A stretch of DNA of 64,000 nt from a virus. Lineage: Duplodnaviria > Caudoviricetes. The DNA is taken from the IMG/VR virus record IMGVR_UViG_2599185359_000001, positions 46,779 through 110,778 of that record; one strand, written 5' to 3'. Within the stretch, counting starts at the first letter, position 1; each line of letters begins with the position of its first letter. The translations under genes were made by a program, and so were the position numbers. The notes under the pieces are model-generated. The model saw only the letters and a program-made list of their open reading frames with translations. It ran no database searches and was not told the DNA's origin. This document shows positions 37,901 through 46,235 of this stretch, piece by piece.

Positions 37901-39550
37901 GTTGTTCGCAACCGCGTCCGCCTGTGCGCGCGCAACATTGACGCGCTCGATCGCCGCGATCTCTTCCGCGGCGGCGAGCTGCGCTTGCGCGCGGGCCTGC
38001 TGGATCGCCGGGTTATTGCCGATGTTCTTCAAGGCTGCGGCGTTGGCCTTCTCCGTAGCAGCGTCCAGCTGCACCTGAAGCGCGGTAACGCGGTTCCGTG
38101 CATCGCTGACGGCCTTGGCTGCCGAAGAAGCGGCGGCACGGTCTGCAGCCGTAGCCACCGCCTGATTTGCGGCCTTCAGCTCGGACAGTGCGGCGATCTC
38201 GGCGCGGATCTTCCCGATCTGACGTTCACGCTCCGCGGTGGTGGTGCGGATCGCGTTGATCATCGTTCGTTCTTGCTCGGCGACCGCGCGGTTGCGAGCC
38301 ACCTCCATCCCCATGCGGTTGCGCTCCAGGACCCACAGGTTCTGGGTGGTGACGTTGCCGCGGAGCACCTGACCATAGGCGGCGGCCTCGGTGCGGGCTG
38401 CGGCAATGGAAACACTGAGGGCGCGGAGGGACGCGACGGCTTCCTGTGCGCCGGTCAAGATCCAGGCACCAAAGCGCTTCGCGGTCAGCGCGGCGATACC
38501 GATCGCGATGGCCTTGATGCCGGCGCCGATCTCATTGCGGAACTCTACGGCGACCCGGATCGCGCCCGCGATCGAGGAGGCGATCGAATTGACGGCGCCG
38601 CCGAGACCTGCAGCGAGCTGACGCCCCTCGGACCCTTTGAGCAGGTCGTTCAGATCCTTCAGGCCCTTGACGCTGGTCGCAAACAGGCCGCCCTTTTCGT
38701 CCAGCCCGGTGAAAGCCGTCGAAAGGGACATGATGTTGGTGCGGAGCTCGGCCAGCTGGCCGGTCATCGTCGCCGCGAGCTTGCCGCCAGCGCCCGTATA
38801 GACGCGCTGCATTTCCGCGAACATCAGCGCCAGAGCGGGGCCGGCGCGCACGGTGCCGGTCGCAACCTCCTTGGACAGCTGTGCGACCGTCTTGCCCATC
38901 GAGCGAGCCATCAGGCTCATAGCGTTCGGGACGGCCTCACCCAGCTGCTGCCGGAGCTCTTCCATCGACACGACACCCTTGCCCGCCATCTGTTGGATGG
39001 CGATCGAGGCGCGGTGCATGGTATCGGAGGTGCCGCCGAACGAAGCCACCGCGTCAGCGAGAGCCTGGAGCGAGCCGTCCCGCGGATCGAGCTTCGCTGA
39101 GCGGAACTTCACGAACGCGTCGGTCAGATCGTCGACCGCGAAGCCGGTCTTTCGGGCCATGTCGAACAGCTCGGAGAGGTTCTCCTTGGCCTCGGTGGCC
39201 TTCCCCAGCGCCGTCGTCTGGTTCGACAGGCCCTTCATCAGCACGGTCAGGCGTTCGACTTTGGCCGACTGCTGCAGCAATGCGCCGACCCAGCCCACGG
39301 CGAGGTCGCGCACATTGAGGAGCGCGAGGCGCATGTTGCCGAGGATCAGAACGTAGTCGCGCAGCTTCTGCAGCGGCGTCGACATCGCGCTGCCCGCGCG
39401 GTCAAAGGTGTCGGTGAATTTGCGGACGGAGGATGACGACTTGTCGACGTTGCCGCCGAAGGTGCGCATCTGCGCGCCGGCCTGAGCCAGGCGACCTGAA
39501 TACCGACCGGTATCAAGATCCAGAACTAGACTAAGCCGGCGCGTTGCCAC
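34970..39550 (-). CDS. Tail tape measure protein
   Basis: 1526 aa, Ala-rich helical; QMAGKGVVSMEELRQQLGEAVP; C-terminal HTGG/YHGGG..GEVP. Confidence 0.92.
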   Translation of the reverse strand: MATRRLSLVLDLDTGRYSGRLAQAGAQMRTFGGNVDKSSSSVRKFTDTFDRAGSAMSTPLQKLRDYVLILGNMRLALLNVRDLAVGWVGALLQQSAKVERLTVLMKGLSNQTTALGKATEAKENLSELFDMARKTGFAVDDLTDAFVKFRSAKLDPRDGSLQALADAVASFGGTSDTMHRASIAIQQMAGKGVVSMEELRQQLGEAVPNAMSLMARSMGKTVAQLSKEVATGTVRAGPALALMFAEMQRVYTGAGGKLAATMTGQLAELRTNIMSLSTAFTGLDEKGGLFATSVKGLKDLNDLLKGSEGRQLAAGLGGAVNSIASSIAGAIRVAVEFRNEIGAGIKAIAIGIAALTAKRFGAWILTGAQEAVASLRALSVSIAAARTEAAAYGQVLRGNVTTQNLWVLERNRMGMEVARNRAVAEQERTMINAIRTTTAERERQIGKIRAEIAALSELKAANQAVATAADRAAASSAAKAVSDARNRVTALQVQLDAATEKANAAALKNIGNNPAIQQARAQAQLAAAEEIAAIERVNVARAQADAVANNSSLTRADRSRQLGTLVRQQAVVEAELTQAVRARTLAEQALMQVEAEVATQASQRRAQTAQEISLKQRLVAVEAELAAAIEREGFATAGTNAASQTAQRSGFAILVQKEKQIQLELQLAAAMAAETAATERLTLAETANTLGKRAMATAATLASGATRALQGAMTLALHPAVMIGVALYQAAQAAGVFETQADRAAAAAERLRQGLGNLSDMQTLVARRERIAREMKENEAQNPLLGISVEKGEHWWDTGLNVRGNDARAKRRAELQAEDAKLAGQIKQSQPQLAMDESNKRWDGLISNRTNVLNRMGEQYGQDMDKLQADLEKGDKGALAKMQARTAAFDRAKLAMDQQTLAKARTDLARARSSGKAQWELDPLIATVNKARELVQEGQAKVAQGAQALGQLAGNGAKGLSKWERAAVSADGAAAAAAARMNGSGPALAKFNAELAGGKYAGATEEQISRIRRAATATDALAHARKANAQEDAFESRIVSMAGRLAQLNDRLTDGKGELAKFNAQLAASPDHLGLTPQQIQQLRDMASAIDDTAKQQDVKKVMDGLAGDLAQATTEGNEFWTSFNRGTMEADQRLAQIRSRFADKLIGLSGQELENAKQKIDEIVAAIERADAAHTVKGWEDTAEEIRISLMNEDQQREANFSREMTRQQVLLEAVRNNAQMSAAEKQRAEQAFLSWKAAAEARNERAAEGALIQQARQWASLGQGIQQSMAQALGSIVQGMTEANTNFGDLVGDILKKILQVILQAMIAYSILSAIGMANNAAGEKVSMGTFLKGQLGGGFSTTGKVNSGAQIGYGSGGSNIMPGDQPTFDMGPGIGNGIPLGGPLKGVLGGIGSVLVGTAHTGGVIGAASASAHVPADVFANAKKYHGGGWIGGRQLKSGEVPMIGLDDEVVLTREQQRLLGKTGYGGGHPAKVEVNVINNSGHEVDAEQGDTRFNGRDMIVDVVLEAMGKDGRLRNAVAAVRQ

Positions 39551-39566
39551 TTCCTCATCCTCTCGT

Positions 39567-39586
39567 GTGTGTGTTGGTTAGGACTT
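39567..39586 (+). promoter_or_regulatory. Operator motif copy 18 (tape measure)
   Basis: GTGTGTGTTGGTTAGGACTT. Confidence 0.6.
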
Positions 39587-39913
39587 GCCGGAGGCAAAGC
39601 GATCCCGCAGCTCGTCGAACTTGGCCTCATCGAACTTCTTCTCGACCACCACCGGGCTATCGAGCTCCAGTCGGAGCGACTCCACCAGTGCCGTGACGGG
39701 CTCTTTGCTCTGCGCCGCGGCGGTGATCAGGAGTCGAAAGGTTCGCTGGTCGCGCTCGGCACGGATGCGATCGATCTGGCGATTGTACGACCAGAAGGTG
39801 CGAAGCGGGAGCTTCAAGACTTCCCGGTAGCTCATGCCGTATTCAGCGGAGACACGAGCTACGAAGAACGGGAAGTCGATCTGCTTTAGCTCTGCTCCGC
39901 CACCTCGTTTCCC
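39578..39913 (-). CDS. Tail assembly chaperone, frameshifted (gpGT-like) part
   Basis: -1 frame open from slippery GGGAAAC (39907-39913) through LKQIDFPFFVARV...MSYREVLKLP. Confidence 0.75.
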   Translation of the reverse strand, partial: GKRGGGAELKQIDFPFFVARVSAEYGMSYREVLKLPLRTFWSYNRQIDRIRAERDQRTFRLLITAAAQSKEPVTALVESLRLELDSPVVVEKKFDEAKFDELRDRFASGKS

Positions 39914-40272
39914 ACCGTGACGCCTTCACCGGCGTCGGGCGAGGACACTTCGTTGATCTTGGAGCTCATATCGTTGAGCCAGCCGAAGATCGTGAAGAGC
40001 GAGGGGGTGGGGAGCTCGCCGACCGGCAGCGTCGGAAAGAACTCCTGGATGCTGTCTCGGATCATCGAGACGACTTCGACCATGTCCTGGTCGCCGATCG
40101 CTTCGGCGTCGGCCACCATCTGCTGCTGCTTCATCGCTCGCTTCTGCTGCTCGATGAAGCCGTCGACGTCGAGCACCTTCATGTAATGAGACGTGCCCTT
40201 GTGCTTCACTGCGATGTCGGAGACGTCGTGCTCGAGGTCGTCCAGGTTCAGGATTTTCGGTTCGTTGCCCAT
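39886..40272 (-). CDS. Tail assembly chaperone (gpG-like)
   Basis: Between major tail and tape measure; ends GTG GGA AAC. Confidence 0.78.
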   Translation of the reverse strand: MGNEPKILNLDDLEHDVSDIAVKHKGTSHYMKVLDVDGFIEQQKRAMKQQQMVADAEAIGDQDMVEVVSMIRDSIQEFFPTLPVGELPTPSLFTIFGWLNDMSSKINEVSSPDAGEGVTVGNEVAEQS

Positions 40273-40331
40273 GGTAACTCTTGCTGCTGTGTGGAGGGTG
40301 AGGGGAGGGGCACTGCCCCTCCCCAGGCTGG

Positions 40332-40847
40332 TCAGGCGGCCGCCGGGTCGCCCATGGTGAAGAGCTCACCGGTGGTCAGATCGACGAAGCCCTCGAACTC
40401 GACGGCGAAGACCTTCTGGTCGTCGTGCTTGAAGGCGAACGAGAAATCGCCCTTCACCGAGGCCAGGCTGATCGTGACGTCCTTGCTCTTGTCGTTGGCC
40501 GCGCGGGCGAACGGGTGCAGGACGAGCTCGCCGGCCTGGGCGCGCAGCGAGGTGCCGACCGCCGACTTGATCACGAGCTTCTTGGAGGCGCCGGTGCCGA
40601 TCAGGGTCGATCCGGGAACGCAGGCGGCGAGCTTGGTGAGGTCGCTCTCGGCCATCGGGAACTTCACCTTGACGGAGCGGCCCTTGATGACGTTGTCCAC
40701 GACCGTGTCGCCGTACTGATCGACGGTGATCGGCGTCACCTCGGTGCCGAACTCCACTTCGACGCCGCCCTTGGTCAGGCCGAGGTCGGTGCCCTTATAG
40801 GTGCCCGTGCAGGGACCCATTTCCAGATTGTCGAAATCGCTTGCCAT
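40332..40847 (-). CDS. Major tail tube protein
   Basis: DLGLTKGGVEVE, VDQYG, LVLHP; position before chaperones. Confidence 0.82.
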   Translation of the reverse strand: MASDFDNLEMGPCTGTYKGTDLGLTKGGVEVEFGTEVTPITVDQYGDTVVDNVIKGRSVKVKFPMAESDLTKLAACVPGSTLIGTGASKKLVIKSAVGTSLRAQAGELVLHPFARAANDKSKDVTISLASVKGDFSFAFKHDDQKVFAVEFEGFVDLTTGELFTMGDPAAA

Positions 40848-40888
40848 TGCATGCTCCAAAATGAATATCGTGAAGCATCATACCATAA

Positions 40889-40908
40889 GTGTGTGTCACT
40901 TGCCACAC
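40889..40908 (+). promoter_or_regulatory. Operator motif copy 19 (major tail promoter)
   Basis: GTGTGTGTCACTTGCCACAC; upstream of TG-g-TATGAT on minus strand. Confidence 0.72.
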
Positions 40909-40915
40909 GCTTGGA

Positions 40916-41299
40916 TTATACGAGAGCGAAGCCCAATCGAAAGCGGACGCTCGTCTCGATGTCGTCGGCTTCGCCGCGCGGGTAGCTGATCGGCCTGGTC
41001 ATCGGTCGACACCAGACCACTTTGACACCGTCGCCCTCAACGCGTTCGAGCGTCAGCGCCTTGGCGACCCTCTCCGCAACGGCAAATCCCTCAAGCGGAT
41101 CGGGGTTACGAACGACCGCCTGAATCTGCGACGAGAAGAAGCCACCAAGCCCCTCATCGATTTCGTGGCCGGATAGCGGATCAATCAGCATGACGCCGCG
41201 CGGGACGTCTGCGGGCAGCGTGCCGACGAACAGGTCCACGCCAGACTGCGCGATGCCAGCTGCCTCGATGAACGTTGCGAGATAGATCAGGTGCTTCAC
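40916..41299 (-). CDS. Tail terminator / minor capsid-type protein
   Basis: DLFVGTLP, IQAVVR; synteny. Confidence 0.6.
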   Translation of the reverse strand: MKHLIYLATFIEAAGIAQSGVDLFVGTLPADVPRGVMLIDPLSGHEIDEGLGGFFSSQIQAVVRNPDPLEGFAVAERVAKALTLERVEGDGVKVVWCRPMTRPISYPRGEADDIETSVRFRLGFALV

Positions 41300-41763
41300 A
41301 GATTCATCAATCCTTCTACCAGTTCGTCGAGGATCTCGTCGAACTCATGATCATGCTCGGCCAGCGCTCGCTCCAGGAAGAGCGGCCCGACCTTGTTCTT
41401 GGGGCTCATCATCATCTTGGCGCGCGATGCCGGCCCCAGTTTCCAGTCGAAGCTCTCGTGCAGCCACACAGCGTAGAGGTCGACATTCACCCCGCCTACC
41501 ATCCCGCCGATCTCGATCGTCGTCTCGATGCGGCCGCCGGCGCCGTACTGCTCGCGAATGCGGTGCGACTTCTCCAACTCGTGACCAGGCGCCTCGCCGC
41601 GGCGCGAGCCCTTCCAGTCCACGGGTGAGTTGGCGATCGACTGCTCCATCACAACCTTGGTCACCTGGCGCATATGCCGCAGCCCGCGTTTGCTGGTGGT
41701 TGCTCCCTCCCGCGCGAAGTGTGCGCCGAGCTCCGTTGCGCCGGTGCCCTTGAAGTAGAGCAT
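41296..41763 (-). CDS. HK97 gp10-like neck protein
   Basis: SPVD..LEKS, YAVWLHE, GPLFLERAL. Confidence 0.65.
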   Translation of the reverse strand: MLYFKGTGATELGAHFAREGATTSKRGLRHMRQVTKVVMEQSIANSPVDWKGSRRGEAPGHELEKSHRIREQYGAGGRIETTIEIGGMVGGVNVDLYAVWLHESFDWKLGPASRAKMMMSPKNKVGPLFLERALAEHDHEFDEILDELVEGLMNL

Positions 41764-42113
41764 CAGAGGTCTGCCCTGATGTGGCAATCGAGCTCGAGGT
41801 GATCCAGGCGCCCCATGACGTCCGCACGCGGTTGGACGATCGACACCTCCAGCGTATAGCCGTAGACCCGCAGCAGATCCCCGCACTTCACATCGAACTG
41901 CTTGCCCGCAAGGATTTTGGCGGTCGCCTCGTGCTGCTCAGCTGCGCCGCGGGACGCGGAGCTGTCCGCGCGGACGCTAGTGTGTGCGCTGGTGTCCTTC
42001 AGGTCCACGACCGATATGGCGATCGGCTGCGGCGCGAAGAAGCTTTCCTTGCCGGTGATGGAGCGCTTGGCGGCTTTCTTCAGCCATTCCGCCCGTGCGT
42101 TGGGAACGAACAT
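41763..42113 (-). CDS. Head closure / head-tail joining protein
   Basis: TSVRADSSASRG, beta-rich; synteny. Confidence 0.6.
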   Translation of the reverse strand: MFVPNARAEWLKKAAKRSITGKESFFAPQPIAISVVDLKDTSAHTSVRADSSASRGAAEQHEATAKILAGKQFDVKCGDLLRVYGYTLEVSIVQPRADVMGRLDHLELDCHIRADL

Positions 42114-42122
42114 TGTCGGGTC

Positions 42123-42875
42123 CTATGGCTTGATGGTGAGGGTTGCCTGGCTCGAGGGGTGAAAAACCTCGGCCTTGATGTCGTAGTAGAGCGGGCGGTC
42201 ATCGTCGGCGGAGACAATCCGCACCTGCTCGCCGAACCATCGGTAGCTTGCGTCCGGGTGCGTGATCGTGACCGCATCCCATCCGAACTCGGCAACGCTG
42301 TCCATGTAGACCTCGTTGTAGATATTCAGGAGATGCTGCCGATAAACGTCGCGCATGTGCTTGGTCGACTTGAAGCTGCGGCCAGCGCGATCGACGAAGC
42401 GGAACGCTGGCGCCTGACTGTCTTCGATCATCACAGCTGCCGTGGCGGATGACGGCGTATGGCGGCCCGAGCGCACGTACAGATCCACTCGCAGGGCATT
42501 CGTCTGGTTGTGCTGAGCCATCGCCATCACGTCGCGGTCGACCTGCGCGGCGATGATGCGCGCGGTGTAGAGCGCCGCGCTGAAGATGAAGTCTGCGAAG
42601 CGATCGGGGATCGTGCGCTGCTTCGCTTCGAGATCGGTCATAGCGCGCTCGTGCGCAGCGATAGCGATCGTTTGCGTGTCATCGTTCAGCTGCGCTTGCT
42701 CTGCGCTCACAAACGCTCGCGCAGCGTCTAGCGCGGTATGAAACGCATCGCTGCGCAAGCTCTCGTCGGTTGCCCCGCGCCGGAACACCACTTCGGCCTG
42801 GCCGACGAGCTGGGCGGTGAAGCCTTGGTACCGCTGCACCGCGCGCTCTGCCATTTCGCTGATCGCGTAGATCAC
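42123..42875 (-). CDS. Minor head/morphogenesis protein
   Basis: GTG at 42875 (GTGA overlap); FVDRAGR and C-terminal FHP motifs. Confidence 0.6.
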   Translation of the reverse strand: MIYAISEMAERAVQRYQGFTAQLVGQAEVVFRRGATDESLRSDAFHTALDAARAFVSAEQAQLNDDTQTIAIAAHERAMTDLEAKQRTIPDRFADFIFSAALYTARIIAAQVDRDVMAMAQHNQTNALRVDLYVRSGRHTPSSATAAVMIEDSQAPAFRFVDRAGRSFKSTKHMRDVYRQHLLNIYNEVYMDSVAEFGWDAVTITHPDASYRWFGEQVRIVSADDDRPLYYDIKAEVFHPSSQATLTIKP

Positions 42876-43702
42876 GCCCGCAGCACCCCGAACTGCAGAA
42901 CGACATAGCGCTTCAGTTCCTCGAACGCCTGCCGGCTGACCGGCAGGTTCAAGTAGGGCTTCGAGCTGAAGAAGATCGAACTCTCGCCGATCGTTTCCGA
43001 GATGACGCCGTCCTGGCGCTTTTTGCCGACCGCATCGCCGCCAAGCAGGACGTTGGCCTCCATCAGCTGCGCGCGCTTCACCGCCCGGCGGAACTGGTCG
43101 GGCAGCGCGTCGAACTGCTCGACCGTGAGCGATCGCAAACGGAGCCGCCGGGTGGTGTCGAATGGTTCGTCGGCCCCGGTGCCATAGGCGGCATAGCTCG
43201 ACGCGTGGGTCATCGGGTCGATGTGGCTGATCTTGAAGATCATGCGCGCGATCCTCTCGAATGCCTCCGCAAGCGCCCCCTGGCGCATCGTGAGGCTGGA
43301 GGTTACGTCCCATCCGTCCAGCGTGGGGCCGAAGCTGCTGCGGACCGACAGCGCCTCTGCGTAGCTCATGAAGCTGTTGACCATGACGACGAGCGGGCGG
43401 GAGGCGACCAGCACGAAGAAGTCGCGCGCCTCGACGGGGCCATCGGCCGTCTTGAAGGACACGACAATCTCCCGCCCGGCGCTGGGGATGTCCGCGGCGA
43501 GCGTCAGGTGTTCAGCTTCGATGCGGAACGCAGCTGCATCAGCGCCGGCCACGAACGACGAAACTGGACCCGCCGCGATGGGCAGGCCTCGATCGTCATA
43601 GAGTGCCCACTCGGCAGCGGTTGCCGCGATCGCCTGCCCGGCATCGTCGAGCGCAGGGATGGCGAAGGTCGCGGCACGGCCGCTGGTGCAGCTGCTCTGC
43701 AT
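42872..43702 (-). CDS. Head-tail connector/adaptor
   Basis: NSFMSYAEA, VKRAQLMEA, ISETIGESS. Confidence 0.65.
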   Translation of the reverse strand: MQSSCTSGRAATFAIPALDDAGQAIAATAAEWALYDDRGLPIAAGPVSSFVAGADAAAFRIEAEHLTLAADIPSAGREIVVSFKTADGPVEARDFFVLVASRPLVVMVNSFMSYAEALSVRSSFGPTLDGWDVTSSLTMRQGALAEAFERIARMIFKISHIDPMTHASSYAAYGTGADEPFDTTRRLRLRSLTVEQFDALPDQFRRAVKRAQLMEANVLLGGDAVGKKRQDGVISETIGESSIFFSSKPYLNLPVSRQAFEELKRYVVLQFGVLRA

Positions 43703-44220
43703 CAGAGGACCGCCTGCGCGGCCTGAGCCTTGAGGATCTCCTCGACCAACTCGCGGATGCCGCGGCCATTGACGCCGAGCGGCTTGCCGATCTCCCGCAG
43801 CCCCTTGATGCCGTCATTGCCGCCGATCGCCTCCAGCTCGGCGCGAGTGTAGATCACGAAATCAGCGTCCAGCTCGGTCGCCTTGGCCTGAGCGGCTTCC
43901 AGGGCCACCTTCTCCTCGGCCTTGCGCGCGGCCTCGGCCTCGATCAGCGCCGCGCGGTCGATCTCGTCGGTGCGCTTCACGATGTCCAGGGTCTTCGCCT
44001 GCTCGACGACGGTGATGGGGGAATGATGCATACGCAGCGCGAGCATGGCAGGGCCGATCTGTTCGCCGGTCTCGGCGTCGACCACCTTCACGCTGGAGGC
44101 GATACGGTTGATCTGACGAGCGTCGAGATCCTCGACCGACACGCCGTTCTGGAACTGCGCCTTGAAACCGAAGTTGCCGGTGAAATTTTCCCAGCCGGCG
44201 CTGGTGATACGTACCTTCAT
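43702..44220 (-). CDS. Virion-associated protein with C-terminal HeH/LEM-like domain
   Basis: ATG at 44220 after GGAG; YTRAELEAIG...GLREIGKPLGV. Confidence 0.65.
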   Translation of the reverse strand: MKVRITSAGWENFTGNFGFKAQFQNGVSVEDLDARQINRIASSVKVVDAETGEQIGPAMLALRMHHSPITVVEQAKTLDIVKRTDEIDRAALIEAEAARKAEEKVALEAAQAKATELDADFVIYTRAELEAIGGNDGIKGLREIGKPLGVNGRGIRELVEEILKAQAAQAVL

Positions 44221-44234
44221 GGAACTCTCCAAAC

Positions 44235-44265
44235 AAAAGAGGGCCGGGACATGCCCGACCCTCTC
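44235..44265 (-). terminator. Terminator after major capsid gene
   Basis: AGAGGGTCGGG-catgt-CCCGGCCCTCT-TTTG. Confidence 0.65.
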
Positions 44266-44282
44266 CCAGGGCAACAGAATAT

Positions 44283-44304
44283 GTGTGTGCCACATCGCAC
44301 ACAC
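44283..44304 (+). promoter_or_regulatory. Operator motif copy 20
   Basis: GTGTGTGCCACATCGCACACAC. Confidence 0.7.
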
Positions 44305-44309
44305 AAGAA

Positions 44310-45212
44310 TCAAATGTTGGTGATGCCCTTCAGACGGGCCAGCGAGCGGGTCGACTTGAGTGCGGTGCCGCAATACCACTTCATGCGGTACCGCTCGACG
44401 TCCTTGTTCTGCACCGTGCCGATCGACTGGACCCGGAAGCCCGCGGTCGGCCCGCCGAAGATGCCGTGCATGCCATCCGCCTCGTTGAAGCGCACCGCAT
44501 AGATCGAGCAGCTCTTGCTCTTGGTGCCGTGCAGCTCGTCGCCGGGGAGGAAGTCGTTGATGATGATCGGCGTCCGGCGATAGGCGGGAACGCTGATGCC
44601 CGTGCCGGGGAGCGTGACGTCGTTCGGCGTGGTGCCGCCCAGGTTGCGCAGCATGGCGAGGATCGCGTCGTGCGTACCGCCGCGCATCACCAGCGCGTCG
44701 GCGCCCAGCGGAACCATGCGGAGCAGCTGGTCGAGACGCTCGAACGTCAGTGCTTCGCCGTCGCCCGAGGTCGGCAGCACCTGGTTGTCGGCGCAGAGCT
44801 CGGAGATGCCGTCGAACGACTTGGGGTCGGTGCCCGAATTGCCGGTCGCCAGGGTGCGCTGGAACTTGCGCGCCATGCCCTTCGCCTTCGCCGCGATCTG
44901 GGTCGCGGTCTGGTCGTTGGTGTCCGACATGGTCTCGTCGAGGAAGTTGTCGATGTCGACGTCGCCGATCAGGATGCGCAGCTTCGCCACGACCTCGTCG
45001 AACTCGGCGCCGCCCTCGGGGACGGTGTCGTACGGGTCGAGGAACTCGCCCTCGCTCAGCGTCTTCTCGCGATTATACATGTAGGCCTTGCCCACGACGC
45101 GCTTGAACGGCAGCATCGCGAACATGGCGTCATTGTCGATGATCTCTTCGATCACGCCCTGCTCCAGGACGTTGTTCGAGAGCTTCTCAGCTTCGACACG
45201 AAGCAACGGCAT
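44310..45212 (-). CDS. Major capsid protein (HK97 fold)
   Basis: GVIEEII, YMYNRE, GDVDIDNF, FDGI, SIYAV, ARLKGI; strong AGGAG RBS. Confidence 0.88.
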   Translation of the reverse strand: MPLLRVEAEKLSNNVLEQGVIEEIIDNDAMFAMLPFKRVVGKAYMYNREKTLSEGEFLDPYDTVPEGGAEFDEVVAKLRILIGDVDIDNFLDETMSDTNDQTATQIAAKAKGMARKFQRTLATGNSGTDPKSFDGISELCADNQVLPTSGDGEALTFERLDQLLRMVPLGADALVMRGGTHDAILAMLRNLGGTTPNDVTLPGTGISVPAYRRTPIIINDFLPGDELHGTKSKSCSIYAVRFNEADGMHGIFGGPTAGFRVQSIGTVQNKDVERYRMKWYCGTALKSTRSLARLKGITNI

Positions 45213-45250
45213 TGATCTCTCCTAAAACTTCGAAATTCTTTTCGGTGCCC

Positions 45251-45279
45251 ATCATACCAAATGCCGACTGTGTGTGCAA
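45251..45279 (-). promoter_or_regulatory. sigma70 promoter of major capsid gene
   Basis: TTGCAC-N17-TATGAT with extended TG; -35 at the centre of a perfect 16-bp inverted repeat. Confidence 0.7.
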
Positions 45280-45295
45280 GCACACACAGTCGGCA
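45262..45295. repeat. Operator motif copy 21 inside perfect 16-bp inverted repeat
   Basis: TGCCGACTGTGTGTGC-AA-GCACACACAGTCGGCA. Confidence 0.8.
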
Positions 45296-45302
45296 GGCGT
45301 GG

Positions 45303-46067
45303 TTATCGAGCTTCGCGGAGCGCCTTCAGGCCCATCGAAAGCTTCGTGTGGCGATCGACCGGCTTGTCGCCGCTCTTGCCTTCCATCGTGCGCGATCCCG
45401 CACCGGGCGTGATCTTGCTCTTCAGGAACGTGTCCTTGTCCGGCTCGCCGTCGACCACCTTCTTCATCGCATCATCGAACGAAAGCGGCTTGCCCTTGGC
45501 GTCCATCACCATCGCGCGACCGGCGGCACCCTTGGGCTTGTCGTAGACCACCGGCACGCGGTTCTCGATCTCGACATAGTCACCGTACAGGCGCTCCGCC
45601 TTGGCGGGCGTGAGGATGGTCTCGGCGGCGAAGAACTTGCTGGTCGCAAACGCAACCTGGCGCCGCGCGAGAGCGGCGTCTGCGATCGCCTGAGCATGCT
45701 CCGTACGGAGGTTGTCGCGCTCGGCCTGCGCCGCAGTCAGTTGAGCCTGATGCTCTTCGTTCTGCAGTTCACGCAGGCGCTCGAAGTTGCCTTCCGCGCG
45801 GGCGCGCTCTGCCTCGGCGTCTCGTGCCGCACGGTCGAGCTCGGCGACCCGGGTCGCGTTGGCCCGGGCAGCCTCGGGATCGATGCCCTCGAAGCGAGCG
45901 GCGGCGGTGCGCGCCTCTGCGAGCTCGGCGCGAACACGCTCCAGCTCGGCGGCGGCTTCATCGCCTGCATTCCCACCGGCGGGGCGGCGGGCTGCTTCGG
46001 CAGCAGCAGCTTCGGCGGCCTCCCGAGCAGCCGCTTCTGCGGCCAGGCGCTGTTCTTCTTCGTCCAT
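45303..46067 (-). CDS. Capsid scaffolding protein
   Basis: Coiled-coil N-terminus, position upstream of capsid, PGAGS C-terminus. Confidence 0.75.
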   Translation of the reverse strand: MDEEEQRLAAEAAAREAAEAAAAEAARRPAGGNAGDEAAAELERVRAELAEARTAAARFEGIDPEAARANATRVAELDRAARDAEAERARAEGNFERLRELQNEEHQAQLTAAQAERDNLRTEHAQAIADAALARRQVAFATSKFFAAETILTPAKAERLYGDYVEIENRVPVVYDKPKGAAGRAMVMDAKGKPLSFDDAMKKVVDGEPDKDTFLKSKITPGAGSRTMEGKSGDKPVDRHTKLSMGLKALREAR

Positions 46068-46092
46068 GAATACTCTCTATTTGCTCTGTGAA

Positions 46093-46112
46093 GTGTGTAC
46101 CATAACACACAT
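46093..46112 (-). promoter_or_regulatory. Operator motif copy 22 (scaffold)
   Basis: ATGTGTGTTATGGTACACAC on minus strand; TTCCAA-N17-TATGGT. Confidence 0.7.
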
Positions 46113-46163
46113 GCCGTTTTGTTGGAAGGCTGTGCGCTGACATGGCTCGTCCGCGCGCGCTCC

Positions 46164-46210
46164 AAAAAGAAGGCTCGCGATGCCTGGAGCTACCCAAACA
46201 TCGCGAGCCT
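46164..46210 (-). terminator. Intrinsic terminator
   Basis: AGGCTCGCGATG/CATCGCGAGCCT stem followed by TCTTTTT. Confidence 0.7.
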
Positions 46211-46235
46211 CAGTCGAAACGGATGTGTTACGCTA

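Noticed and set aside
40302-40324. GGGGAGGGGCA/TGCCCCTCCCC hairpin after major tail gene as an intrinsic terminator
   Set aside because: Strong stem but no U-tract on the coding strand; may only be a stabilising hairpin
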